A DNA stretch of 64,000 nucleotides from Octopus sinensis (GCF_006345805.1 NC_043004.1:10106001-10170000), one strand, 5' to 3'; numbered from the stretch's first letter, positions 35,890 through 49,970 are shown. Numbers and translations: made by a program. Notes: a model not told the origin generated them from the letters alone.

Positions 35890-36442
35890 GTATATACACT
35901 TACACACACATATATATATATATATATAGATAGATAGATAAATAGATATATATACATATATATATATATATGTATATATATATGTATATATACCTATATA
36001 TATGTATGTATATATATGTATACATATATGTGGATATATATATATATGTATGTATGCATGTTTGTATGTGTGTGTGTATGTCTGTATATATGTATATATA
36101 TATATATGTATACATACACACACAGATACACACACATATTTGCCGAGAGGTCTTTCTACCTCCTCTTCTTTTCTCTTCCTCGAGTGGAACACGAAATCGT
36201 GCTGATAAGTTGGAGAATAACACATTTTCAGTATACGAAGATGGCGGATATGTCGATTGAAACAATACTTAAGAAAACCACTGGCAGAATGCAAGAATTT
36301 AACATCAAAGCTTAGCCAAGACAGTGGTACTTTCGTGTAGTTAACCGGAAATACGTAAATGTTGATATGTGTAGCGTAACTACCATATGTAAGCTGTCTC
36401 CGCCGTCTCCTCAACTTCCCTCTCTCTCAATCAAACATATAT

Positions 36443-36511
<69 letters not shown>

Positions 36512-36947
36512 TCGGCACAGCTTTTGCTTGCTTCTATCTTTCTCACCACTCTCTTTCACGTTCTTGTTCTCTCTTTCTTTCTCCTCGTCGATATATACAT
36601 ATATCTTTCTACCAACTTCATAACTACCTATTCTATAAAGATACGTACAATCACAAACATACACATTCACACATACATTTATATAAATGGGTATAATCTA
36701 TTTTTATGCCCACTTGTCTTTCTAACAACTTAACTTTGACTATTTATCCTTCGTAACAGATATGCGAGCGTGCAAGTATGTATACAAATATGTATATATA
36801 TTCACATATACATACACACGTACGTATGTCTGTGTATATACATCCATATATAGGATATATAGCTGTTTTGTATGTATGTATATATACAAATATCTAGATA
36901 AGTATTGCCATCTACTTATTTGCACACTTGCCTATCTATCTATCTAC

Positions 36948-37023
<76 letters not shown>

Positions 37024-37331
37024 TATCTATCAATCGATCGATCGATCTATGTATTTAGCTTGCTAGCTTACTCACTTGCTATGTATTCAGTTGCATCTCC
37101 CTTTCTCTATTTCCATCTCAACCTCTATGATTAACCTAAGGACGTAAACATTTTTATAAACAAGTATATCAAAACACCTGTTAGGAATATCTTTAAAAAG
37201 CACTGCACACCATAGAATTGGTAGTATAAAAACATTACTTGCTCCAACTTTGGTTTGAGTGATCTATGACACCAACGTCATGCAGATCGCTACACCCATA
37301 ACAAAACTATGCCTAATCTTACATCCAACAA

Positions 37332-37560
37332 AGGCGGCGAGCTGGCAGAATCGGTAGCACGCCGGGCTAAATGCTTAGCGGCATTTCGTCCGTCTTTACG
37401 TTCTGATTTCACATTCTGCCGAGGTCAACTTTGCCTTCGATTCCTTTGGGGTTGATAAAATAACTACCAGTTGAGCGCTGGTAATCGACTTAACTCTATA
37501 TCCTGAAATTTCTGGCCCTGTGCGAAAATTTGTAACCAACATCATATCCAAGAACTAGAA
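37332..37560 (+). mobile_element. SINE family A
   Basis: AAGGCGGCGAGCTGGCAGAATCGGTAGCACGCCGGGC head and family A body. Confidence 0.8.
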
Positions 37561-37719
37561 TTATTAGTAGCACACTAGAATATGGGGATGACAAACCTTG
37601 CTACAACATTGATTTTTCGGAACTTAGGTGCCAAAACCTTGCCAGTTTACTGATTTTTATGAACAAAGAGTAGTCACCTCGGTCAACACACTCTAAATTA
37701 AGCAAATATTCCTAGCTGT

Positions 37720-38115
37720 TATAGGCACAAGGCCTGAAATTTCAGGATAAGGTGTAAGTTAATTACATCAACCCCATTAGTTAACCGAAACTCGTTTTAT
37801 CAACGCCGAATGGATGAAAGGCGACCGCAGCTGTATTTGAACTCAGAACGTAAAGTCGAACGAAATGTCGCTAAGCATTTTGCCCGGCGTGCTATCGATT
37901 ATTTTCTACTCTAGACACAAAGCCCGAATTTTTTGGGGAGGGGAGCAGTCGATTAGATGGACAGCAGTACGCAACTGGTACTTACTTTATCGACCCCGAA
38001 AAGATGAATGGCAAAGTCGACCTCGGCGGGATTTGAACTCAACATAAAGACAGACGAACATAAAGAACTCAGAACATAAAGACAGGCGTGCTAACGATTC
38101 CGTCAGCTCGCCGCC
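37720..38115 (-). mobile_element. Two or more SINE family A copies, reverse orientation
   Basis: TTTATCGACCCCGAAAAGATGAATGGCAAAGTCGACCTCGGCGGGATTTGAACTC; the head ends GTCAGCTCGCCGCCTT. Confidence 0.8.
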
Positions 38116-38675
38116 TTTTATCAAACAAATACTAAATTGACTTTATTACATGAAATACAGGTTAGTACAACTGATCCAAGTATATTAATACTATACTGTC
38201 CCATGTGCTAGTTTGTACAAAGCACCAGTACATTAGTCTGGCACCCTTGTGTACTTGAAATTCCTGCTCATAAGTTAGTGAGGACTACAAGCGGTTCCAA
38301 ACTATCTGTGTCCGGAAAATTGCTGTTGTATTTGTATTTAACTATTTTTTTATATGCAATATGAAATTTCCATATTAAATATATACGCTACAACAGTGTG
38401 ATAATCATTTGAATAAATTAGGCATGGCCGAGTAATTAAGAAGCTCGCTCTGCAACTAAATGGAGAGATATATGTTAGACAATGGAAGACTGTTCCTCAT
38501 CAATGATGTTTGTTGTGGTTCATTATGTCCAAGAGGATGGGAGAGTCCAATTAAATCCAGTTAGATCGGGTCTCGTTTAGGTAAATCCATGATCAGAAAG
38601 AATGGTTGTGGCACACCATGGTGAGAAGAGGGAAAATTGTTATGTAGTACTCCATATTGAGGGAAAATGAAAACG

Positions 38676-39050
38676 AATGCTTGCAGATCCAAAGTTGTGC
38701 AAATATTAAGAGGAGGATTAAAGATATATTCTTTTGAGAGAGAAGATACAGAGGTAAGGAGTTTGTATTAGATATATATGTTCGGTATATTGAGGAGTAT
38801 TCATTACAGAAGGAGAATGAATGCTAGCAGTTCCAAAGTTGTGTGAATATTGAGAGGAGGAATATATAATACATTCCGGTATGCGAAAAGATCGATAAAT
38901 AAAAGCATTTGTATTAGATATATACTGTTCAGTTTATGAAAGAGTATTCAGTCCTGTGAGAAGCGGAGGGGAATACATTCTGGTAAGTGAAAGATAGGTA
39001 GAAAAATAGACAAGGGCATTGTAGTAGATATATATTTAGCAATATAATGA
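38676..39050. repeat. Decayed ~145-bp-period tandem repeat (2 units plus a partial third)
   Basis: AATGCT(T/A)GCAG(A/T)TCCAAAGTTGTG..AATATT(A/G)AGAGGAGGA and TTTGTATTAGATATATA recur about 145 bp apart. Confidence 0.7.
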
Positions 39051-39427
39051 GGGGTAATTAGAGGGAAAGAGTGGAAAGGACTAGTAAATTGGCATTCCCA
39101 TCTAAACAAGTTGGTGGGGAGGCAAATGTAAAGACCGACAGATAAGGGAAAGGATAAACAGATTTTAATTTGCTATACAGATTACATATTTCTATTGCTT
39201 GCTTTTTTACTTGTTTGTCGGAGACGAATATGAACGTAACTAAAAGATACAACCTGGAACTAAGAGTACAGTATAGTATGAACATTATTACTGTTTTGGC
39301 AGGCGACGTAAATTAATACTGTATTTAATATTTATTAATATTTTAGAAAGGTGGACGTATCTTTAAGGTTCTTTTTTCTTCCTATACTGCCACTAGATTT
39401 GATCGCTATTTAAAATAACGATCTTAT

Positions 39428-39482
<55 letters not shown>

Positions 39483-40516
39483 GTACGTCGGCTTCTTTCA
39501 GTTTCTGTCTATCAAATCCATTTATAAGTCTTTGGTTAGCACGAGCCTATAGTAGAAGGCTGTTGCCTAAGGTGTCACGCAGTGGGAACTGAACCTGGTA
39601 CCATGTGGTTGGGAAGCAAACTTCTTATCGCACAGCTACATTCAGAAACTCGAATACGCTCTCAAATACGCTCTCGAATACGCAGACACAGACGCCCCCT
39701 CTCTCTTTTGGTCTCTCAAGCACAAAGATACACACACACACATACACACACAGATATTGGCGTATTGCTAAGCTATATAGTGTGTCTCTATAGTTAAAGC
39801 CTGGAACCTTTTATAGTTTATATTCTACGCTTGATCTCATACATTGTGTGTAAGAATTGGCAACAACGAATTATCAGAGAGATACACTTGGATGTAGGAT
39901 ATTTTGCATTTTCTGCATATATTGTCTATATTCAAGTGATCTGTGTTGTATATATATGTGCGTTTTTATGTATGTATGTATGTATGTGTATGTATGCATG
40001 TGTATCTATGTATGTATATATGTTTGTTCTTGTGCATAGGAGCTGCCATTGGCCGAATGGTTGAAAAAGCTCATTTTTAATTACGAAGTCTCTGGTTCAG
40101 TTGCGCTATGCGATTCATCTTGGCAAATATTTTCTACCAAAGCTTCTGGTTGATCCAAGCGTACACTATGAATAGTTATAAGCTGTGTGTAAATAAGAAT
40201 GAACAACTGATCTCTGATGAAGAGTCAATAAACATCTTAAACTTGGTGTTTCTGTAAATATCATTCCACAGAAGAAAACCTCCACATTTGTAACAAATTT
40301 TGAATATAAACCAGACTATACTCACTATGTATAAATCTTCTCCAAAACTATGCTTCTCCATTTCACCAGATTCACTACTAAGTACTTGAACAGGCCCAGT
40401 GTAATAGTCTGTTCGGTCGATTCAGAAAGGCAAGGCCACCAGCTCTGATAAGCTCATTTACATTATGCTCGTCAATTCGCGACAGATCTCGCCTATATCC
40501 TCTCGCGCTCTCTCTC

Positions 40517-40597
<81 letters not shown>

Positions 40598-40609
40598 CCT
40601 ACCTATCTA

Positions 40610-40641
<32 letters not shown>

Positions 40642-40649
40642 TCTATCTG

Positions 40650-40694
<45 letters not shown>

Positions 40695-40819
40695 GTATCC
40701 CTCCCTCCTTCTTCTCTCTCTCCTCTCTCTCCTTCCTTCTTTCGTTTCTCTCTCCCTCCCTCTATCTCTCACTCCCTCTCCTCTCCTCTCTCCCGCCTTT
40801 ATTCTCTCTCTCTCTCTCT

Positions 40820-41150
40820 CTGGAATCGCACCACAATATGTCCCATACCACAGAAGAGGAATCCATCTGGCTCGGTCAAAATATCGTCCTATCATATTCA
40901 CTACCAAAGATGGAAACAGACATTGACACCAGCCTTCTCCAACACTTTGATAATCTCTCCCTCCTTGTCTGATCACCAGCATGACTTTCGTGAAGTCAAA
41001 TCTGATTGAGATCTACTCTCATGTTACTCAACAGTAGGTCTTCATCCTGAGGAATATCGAAGAAAAAAGTGTTTCTGCATTCGGTATCACCAAATCCTTA
41101 GATGGTGATTGACACGAATTTACTCGCAAAATTGTTGCCTGCAAATAAGT
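40820..41150 (+). mobile_element. Decayed CR1/Jockey-group LINE RT fragment
   Basis: KYRPI.., [14 protein letters not shown] and ITKSLD..*HE.LLAKL resemble NYRPISL, LSDxQxGFR and DISKAFDxVWH..LLxKL. Confidence 0.55.
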
Positions 41151-41691
41151 TTCATATTTCTCGTTCCTTAGATTTGTACTCCGTACTTTCGAGGTTCGAT
41201 AAAATAAATGTCAATTGAGTACTGGGTCGATGTAATCGTCTATACTCTTCCCCGAAAATTGCTGGCCTTGTGCCAAAATTTGAAACTAATATTCATTCTA
41301 TTTTGCGTTTAGAGTTAAAATCTTTTGAGGTCAATTTGTCCTTTATCCTTTCTCTTTCACTCTAAATCCGTCGTCGTGGATGTCTCCCTGAGTCAAAAGT
41401 GGTGGATTAGAGTTAGGGCTACAAGGGCACATGAAACTATTAGCGAAAATCATAGTACGTACCACCAAGTCAACCAAGATTACGAGTGACATCCACTTTA
41501 TATATATATATATATATTCTTCACATAACTTGATTAACAATTCACTATGAGCTATATATGGACATGCACAAATTCTGTAAGTTCAAGACCTTTCATCGGA
41601 TCTCCAGGAATCGAACTTTCTTCAATGCAGTTAAACTTACACCTTCATTTGTATCTACCCCTTTTGATGTTTGGGAATCTCTGATGTTTTT

Positions 41692-41775
41692 TCGGCTGAC
41701 GAGTACGAGCCATCTATATTTACTGCATTTTTTCTAGCTTATTAAAGATGTCCTCGTACGAAACAATTGTACCGA
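41692..41775 (+). ncRNA. Minimal type I hammerhead ribozyme
   Basis: UCGG-CUGACGA-GUACGAG...CUCGUAC-GAAAC-AAUU-GUA-CCGA. Perfect 4-bp stem I, perfect 7-bp stem II with G-C closing pair, palindromic ACAAUUGU helix III. Confidence 0.88.
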
Positions 41776-42732
41776 TATTTTAATCCATTCTTGTTGCTTT
41801 TTTCCTATATATATGTATATATATCCTTTCGGGGTCGATTAAATACGCACCAGTTGCGCACTGGGGTCGATGCAATCGACTTAATCCCTTTGTACTTGTT
41901 TGTCCCCTTCTATGTTTAGCCCCCTGTGGGCAATAAAGCAATAAATATACACATACATATAAATATACATGTATGTGAAATTATATAATCATGCACGCCG
42001 GCATGCAGTCTCACGGTTCACTGTGAGTTACAGATCTAACGTAGGTAAGGTTCTATGTGAGATGTTTGCATAAAGAGAGAACACATGAATTAAGGTTCAT
42101 TATATCTGTTTCAGGCACGTTTTTTTTTTATTGACAAATAAATTGATTACATCATGAAAAGACCGTTTTCTTCAATAAATAATTTAGAATTTAAAATTTG
42201 GTTTGGAAAAATACTAAGATGAGGAGTTTGTGTTGACTCTCTCATTCTGGCAACACAGTATTTCGTTTTCAACCATAAGTATATTAAAGGCTTACAAGTC
42301 ATCACCGCGTTTTTGCTATTTGTGTTACCATTGCGATATTCTCATTTTTAAGTGATGAACTATACATTTTCTATAGAATTAAGAGCCAACACTGTAAGTT
42401 ACGACTTTTCCAGTACAAAAATGTTAATGGAAACAATGCGATGGAAGATAGAAGAAGGAATATTTAATGGGTGTACATGCATATTTCAAGAGTTATTGCA
42501 ATAACTCCAGAGATATGCAAATACACCTATTATCTATTTTCTTTTCTATCTATAATCGCATTGTTTATTCTATACTAAAATATTGGTATACGAAACGTCG
42601 TAACTGACAGTGATACCTCTGAATTCTACAGTTCACCACTTATATATATAGTTGAATTAGGTACTTAAGCTGAGACACCAAGTCAGTCCGGTACTGTCCG
42701 CAGAGCTCGAAGTTAGGTGAATAAAAGGCAAA

Positions 42733-43312
42733 TAAGTGACAAAGCTGTCCAGGTATTAGTGCATTATGGCCGTTTCAAACGGCTTCATTTAATCGATCAA
42801 TGCAAGCATTACATCAATTTGAAATTCATCGCTCTCCTCGGACGCATAAGACCGTATAGGTTTTCAACATAAAGGAGACTCCCATTTTATCAAATTTTTC
42901 ATCAGAACTAGAGAATAAAAGAATTTCAATGCATACTGCTATTATTGTAGCAGAATGAACTTAGGGGAGAAAATACTTAAAGCCTACTATAATTTAGAGT
43001 GGCAGAAGAAAATAACAATGGGGATCAAGAAAGAGTAATTATGATATTGCTATATTCATCTGTAATTATTTTCTCTCTAAGTTCATTCTGCTGCAATAAT
43101 AGCAGTAAGCATTGTAATTATTTTATTCTCTAGTTCTGATGAAAAATTTGCTGAACATTATAATGGAGTCTCCTGCATGTTGAATACTTATATGGCCTTA
43201 TGCGTCCGAGGAGAGCGATTTATTTCAAATTGATGTAATGCTTGCATTGATCGAATAAATGAAGTCGCTTGAAACGGCCGTAATGCACTAATATCTGGAC
43301 AGCCTTGTCACT

Positions 43313-43314
<2 letters not shown>
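42733..43314. mobile_element. Foldback/MITE-like element with ~245-bp inverted arms
   Basis: Arm 42733-42975 (TAAGTGACAAAGCTGTCCAG...) is the diverged reverse complement of 43067-43314 (...CTGGACAGCCTTGTCACTTA). Spacer 91 bp; TA at both outer ends. Confidence 0.85.
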
Positions 43315-43388
<74 letters not shown>

Positions 43389-43479
43389 GTATCTATATTA
43401 TATATATATATATACTAGTATGTATATATTATGTATATATTATATTATATATTATATATATAATATATATTATATTACA

Positions 43480-43514
<35 letters not shown>

Positions 43515-43523
43515 ATATAATAT

Positions 43524-43575
<52 letters not shown>

Positions 43576-43799
43576 CATACACATACATACATATATATAG
43601 TTAATCCAACAAGAAAACACAAAAAACGCAACAACGCGAGGACGTGGAACAAATATAGTATTATATAGTATTATATATAGTATTATATATAGTATACATG
43701 TATATACATACATAATACATACATACATAAATACATACATACATATATACATTCATATATACATTCATACATACATACACACACACACACATATACATA

Positions 43800-44230
43800 C
43801 AGGCTGTGTAGTAAGGAGCTTGCTTCCCAAACACATGGCTCCGAGTTTAGTCCTTTCGCGTGGCACCTTGGGCAAGTGTCTTCTACTATAGCCTCGGACC
43901 GACCAAAGTCTTGTGCATAGGTTTGGTAGACGGAAACTGAAAAGAATCCCGTCGTGTAATATATATAAGTAAATGTATATAGATATAAATATATTTATGT
44001 GTGTGTGTAACTTTGTGTCTGTGTTTGTACTCCTCCCCACCATCACTTGACAACCGATGTTAGTGTGTTTACGTCCCTGTAATTTAGCGGTTTGGCAAAG
44101 GCACCGATAGAATAAGTACTAGGTTTAGAAATAATTAGTCCTGGGATCGATTTGTTCGACTAAAACCCTTTAAAGGCGGTGCTCCAGCATGACCGCAGTC
44201 AAATGACTGAAACAAGTAAAAGGACAAAAG
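43800..44230 (+). mobile_element. SINE family B
   Basis: Complete head, core and tail. Confidence 0.85.
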
Positions 44231-44465
44231 AATATATATCGAACGCTGGCATGCCGAAACTTCGAAGTCACTGTCAGTACTCTTGTGGTAAAAGTTCAAT
44301 AAACAGGTGCTCCACTGATCAGTATTGAGGAATTCTCCATTCTAATTTTAAATTGTTTTCACTATAACTTTACATAAAAGAAACCATGAATGCGTGCGCG
44401 TGCATGTGTGCATGGTGTATTCATATATTCATTTATAAATACATACTAAACATGCATATTTATGC

Positions 44466-44529
<64 letters not shown>

Positions 44530-44590
44530 GTCTGTCTGTCCGTCTGCCTGTCTGTCTGTCTATCTATCTGTTTGTCTGTCTATCTACCTG

Positions 44591-44664
<74 letters not shown>

Positions 44665-46753
44665 CTTACATATGTGTGTGCTTATATATATGAATGTGTG
44701 TATACACATAATTGAATCTGTTTAATTGCTTACGGGATAATTGCATTATTTTGTTCACTGCATCATATATTTTTTGCCCGATTTGGAGTAAAACATTGGC
44801 GAAATGTAGCATAAAATTTAACATTTCTTTGATTTGGTCTGAATATATTGATTCTGTATAATTTCCATTTTCATGATGTTTTAAATGACACCAGTCAGCA
44901 CTTCGTGTTTATCAAAAACACCACCACCACCAACAACAACAATAACAATAACAAAAGAGGTCAAATGATATTAAAATCTATTCATATTATTCTTACCATT
45001 TCAGTGAATTAAAGGCAATCGATGATCATATTCCAGTGAATTTTTATTTGATTTTTAATTTTGTGATACAATTCGTCAATAAATTATTGTAGATAAAATT
45101 TGTAAAATAAAATAGTTTTGACTCAGATGAACACTATGTTGTTCTTTTCATTATAGACTCTGTTAGTCTGTGATTGAACTCTATTAAATATTTCTTAATC
45201 TGCATGACCCCAGCTTTTACAGTATTTGATGGCGTAAAAGACCCATGAGCGTAACAGACACGTCACTATATCAACAGCGATTATTCAGAAAAAATAAATT
45301 AGAGCATTAAAGCTTGTAGGAGGACCAACTTCGTTTATTGGCCCTGAGGTGATTTCTGAGGGACATTTTTTTTTGTTTTTTTTTTATACAAAAAGTATCT
45401 TATATGCCATCAAATTCGGTAATTCAAAGTGTGCGAAAGTTATTGTCCTGGGGTATGAATCAGACAACGTTTGAATAATTGAAGAATATAAAAAGGAAAT
45501 GTAAAATGCTGAGGAGGGATAAGTGAAGCGGATGTCGCAATTAAATCATAAAAGCAGCCGAGCAGCTCTTTTACCTATGGATAAACAATACAATTGAACT
45601 TATTCAGAGAGTAAGCTGTAGAAAAATAAGTTTACATGATAGAAGGAAATTGACTGTAGTTTTGAAATCAGCATGTCAATTTTAACCTGAATCAAGTGAA
45701 AAAGCACATTCAACAGAAATTGTGTTCAAAATTGTTCCCCTGTGTTATATATTAATAAAATTATAATTTATGCTGTGTGGAACAGAAGTAAATTTATAAA
45801 CACAAATCATGGCTATTCGTTGACGAATTTTTCCGCTTTGTAATGGTAATTGACCCAGTATTTCTGCTGTTTGAACAGCAATTCTGCTTTCGGAAAAAAA
45901 TATCATCTAATTTGTATTATTCAATACACATTTCGACGCAAGAAAAAAGTTTGTTTATATTTATAAAACCATGATGTTTCTTTAAACTCGTGGTGTACCC
46001 CTGGCAGTCAGCTACCAACCGAAAGCAATCCTTTCTAGATAAAGTTGGGGCAGCTTTAGAAGTTTGAAATATAAATCAAAGAATAAAGAAGGAGGTGTAC
46101 ATAATTTACACATTTAATATTCCTTTTTTCTACACGTTATAAAGATCTTAACATTTATAAGCCGTTTGTTGCCATCTAACAACTGTAACATCACCGTAAA
46201 ACTATAATTATGCATATTTTAATATCGCCAGCAATGTGTATATTCGATGCTGGGAGATCGTCTACTCGAAGATCCTCCAGCCGAATGAAATGAATATACA
46301 CTCGCTGCAGTCAACAATTTATTAAATAGCTTCAAATCCTCACCGTCGTCCGTCTTCTCAGCACACAATGTACTCTGTTACAAACATGTGCGTGCGCACA
46401 TACCAGACAGCCATTTTTATGCATTGCATTTGATGTCTTAGGCATGGAAGCAGTACTCGATCGTGGGTCTTGAATTAACTTGACAGAGTCAACAACTAAA
46501 TATTATTTTTTGACCCTGAAGTGGAAAGCAACTTTCTGTGATATAGCTTCAGCTATTTTTTTAACCAATCAAACAACCGCATTCGAAGCTCTCTTGTCAG
46601 TTCGTTCGAGTGTGTGTGTGTGTTTGTGTGTGTGTATGTATGTGTGTGTATATGTGTGTGTGTGTATACATATATGTATGCGTGTATATGTGCATGTGTG
46701 CCTATATATGTAGGTTTGTGCGTGTGTATGTGTGTATAATCTCTATCTCTCTA

Positions 46754-46798
<45 letters not shown>

Positions 46799-46799
46799 C

Positions 46800-46848
<49 letters not shown>

Positions 46849-47089
46849 GTGTGTATGTGTGTATGAGTCAGGTGAAATGAAGTGTTTTATTCAAAAACAC
46901 AACTAACTGGCCGCTCCGGGAAACCAACCTACGACCGCGAGGGCAATACCCTAAACATTAGGCCATGCGTCCTTACAAATGAAATGAGGACGTTTATGGA
47001 AGTAAATTAACTATAAGATTTAAAAAAAAAAAAAGGCATAGGAGGGGCACACAAGGATAAAATAACATTTAATTTAATAAATATATAGG

Positions 47090-47220
47090 CGCTGGAGTGG
47101 CTGTGTGGTAAGTAGCTTGCTTACCAACCACATGGTTCCGGGTTCAGTGTCTTCTACTATAGCCTCGGGCCGACCAAAGCCTTGTGAGTGAATTTGGTAG
47201 ATGGAAACTGAAAGCCCGCC

Positions 47221-47282
<62 letters not shown>

Positions 47283-47875
47283 CAAAAAATGGGACAAGAA
47301 CGCAAACATCCAGGCAGCTAGATGATACAAAAAAGGGACAAGAAAAAACACGGACGGGTCATTCGAAGTTTTCTTTCCTTAGTCTTATCTTTGCAATTTC
47401 GGCTAGTAATACTCGAGATTGCTGCAATGAAAAACTAAGCCAAGAGCACAAGATTCCTTGAAAGAAAGCAGCGATGTATACGAAAACAATGACGAAAAAA
47501 AAAACGGAGAAGTGGTACACAAATTCAAATGCAAATAACAGGACATAACAAAAGGTGTCTTTCGACAAAGGACGAATTAAATTAAGCTGGCGTGTATGGA
47601 TGTGAAGCCTTACGGCAGGGACATAGGAGATGACAAGCATGGTGAGGAATATACATGTTGTACGGATGGTATATACATATGTGTGTGTCTGTGTTTGTCC
47701 CCGCGAACGTAGCTTAACAACCGATGCTGGTGTGTTTACATCCCCGTAAATTAGCGGTTCGGTAAAAAGACCGATAGAATAAGTACTAGACTTACAAAGA
47801 ATAAGTCCAGGGGTAGATTTGCTCGACTAAAGGCAGTGCTCCAGCACGGCTGCAGTCAAATGACTGAAACAAGGA
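47090..47875 (+). mobile_element. SINE family B split at its internal (TA)n by a ~380-bp insertion (~47280-47660)
   Basis: The 5' half is at 47090-47225; the 3' half resumes at ~47670 (TGTGTCTGTGTTTGTCCCC...GACTGAAACAAG). Confidence 0.8.
47280..47410. repeat. Unclassified interspersed repeat, also at 53295-53410
   Basis: TACAAAAAATG(G/A)GACAAGAACGCAAA...GATGATACAAAAAAGGGACAAGAAAAAAC..GGACGGGTCATTCG occurs at both sites, each directly after (TA)n. Confidence 0.8.
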
Positions 47876-48847
47876 AAATAATATTTTCATAGTTCAATAA
47901 AATGACATCAAGAGTTATTTCCCCTGTTTATTGTTTATATATATGTAAACAAAAGAAAAAATAAATTTTAATTCACCCGTCCACCAGTTTTGAAGATAAT
48001 CAAACCGAAATTTAATGAGTTTGAGCCACTCACCCACTGAATATTTCTGCCAAATTTGGTGAAAATCCGGTCAGCTGTCTTCCAGTAATTTTGCTAACAC
48101 ACAGACAAACAGAGAAAGATGAGCGACTACAATACTTTGCTTTCGCTTACGCGCGCAGAGTAGTTAAGAACAGTAAAGTTTATTCTACACTGGGAAGGTT
48201 AGAAAAATCCTGAAACATGCCAAGAATTGTATCCTACACTTTCTGGAAAACAGTGACAAAACAGTGAAGATAATATCAGTTACTGGAGAATGTTGTTGTT
48301 TCTTCAATTTCATGTATTTATTTCTAGTTAGTCTTTTTAATGTTCCATGTATTAAATATGTTAACACTAACGTAGCAATAAAATTCAATGTTGTATGCAA
48401 AGAGCGGAAAGTAAATTGAACATGCGGTCTATAAAATTATCCTAAGTGATTTCGAAGAAATGTCATAACCACTCAGCATTATGTTATATTATGGAAGACA
48501 TTCCATGATGTCATCGCGTTCAAATAAAATCTAAACGCAAAGGGAACAAGACAAGAACTGTTCACGTGATAAGATTCAAAACGATCTCAAATTTCGTTGT
48601 TTGGTGGGTTAATAATACTGCAGTATGAGATGATTCCTGCTTAGTGCATGTCGTTCAATGGCGATTACAATGACGCGTCAACTCAGAGACGCCATTGTAT
48701 GTTAATTGCATGCTTTCGTATTTTGCCATCGTTTTCTCTTTCCCTCTTTTTCTCTCTTACACACATGCGAACAAATGTGTACTCTTGATATTTGCATGTA
48801 TTGTTTAATAAAATAACACACAGACACACACAACACACGTAAGCGCT

Positions 48848-48895
<48 letters not shown>

Positions 48896-48919
48896 TCACA
48901 TACACATACATACATATAC

Positions 48920-48968
<49 letters not shown>

Positions 48969-49299
48969 ATATATATATTCACATACACACACACATATAT
49001 ATTCTTTATTCTAGTTTCCTTCGTTCTTGTAAAGTGGAAAGTGTTCGTGGATTCATAGTTTATGAGATCATTTCATTGGTATTTAATTTTCTTCATAGCT
49101 TATCTAATTAGGCTTAAATAATACTTAGATAATGGCGTCTAGTTTGGGTAGGTCCTGTAACATATGTACGTATGTATGTATGTATTTATGTATGTATGTA
49201 TGTATGTATGTATGTATGTATGTATGTATGTATGTATGTATGTATGTGTGTGTATGAATGTATGTATGTATAAGTGCAGATTTGTATGTTTTGTTTTAT

Positions 49300-49760
49300 T
49301 TATGTATTCTCATGCATATATTTGCATATCTAGACATGCTCATAAATACTTAAATGAAAAACTTCTGGAAAGTTTTACAGATTTTCACAGTTGCAGTGAT
49401 GGCTTGGAACTGTAGTCTTCTTATGGGCTTTCTCCTTTCTGGTTTTTAGAAGCCTAATTTCTCAAGATTGGTATTTAGGCAGTGTGTTATATATCCCAGT
49501 GCTCCCATAATTACAACAATGAACCTGAACATGTAATCTGGATGGAGTAACAGTAAATTTCTCAGTAATTCAGCATAAGTATTTTCTTTTTCTCTGATCT
49601 TTAGTTTCATGTTAACATCTGCTGGACAGCTGATTTCCACAACTGTACACAGTTTCTCTATTCCAAATCATTATGGCAAGTCTATAATGTTTACATTTTA
49701 CTGAGGTTTTCACTGGAACATTCCAATAGCACTCCTTCTAGTGCTTCTACCATACTGTGG
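49300..49760 (-). mobile_element. 3' remnant of another RLE-type (R4-like) LINE family
   Basis: VEISCPADVNMKLKIREKENTYAELLRNL..YMFRFIVVIMGALG..LEKLGF is an RLE C-terminus; followed by (TACA)n. Confidence 0.75.
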
Positions 49761-49970
49761 CTTCTTATTTCTTTGTCCTCGTTGTTATCCTTCCGACAGA
49801 TCTCATTATACAGTGTCCTAGCTACATCACGTCTCATCACTTGATAAACCGTAATGAAATTTCCGGACAATATGTCTGTCTGTCTGTCTGTCTGTCATTC
49901 TGTCTGTCTGTCTGTCCGTCTGTCTGTCTATCTATCTGTCTATCTATCTATCTAGCCATCCATCCATCTA

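Noticed and set aside
47960-48175. Possible Helentron/DINE-like non-autonomous end
   Set aside because: Only a general resemblance (AAATTTGGTGAAAATCCG..ACAGACAAACAG..); subterminal inverted repeats and hairpin not demonstrable.
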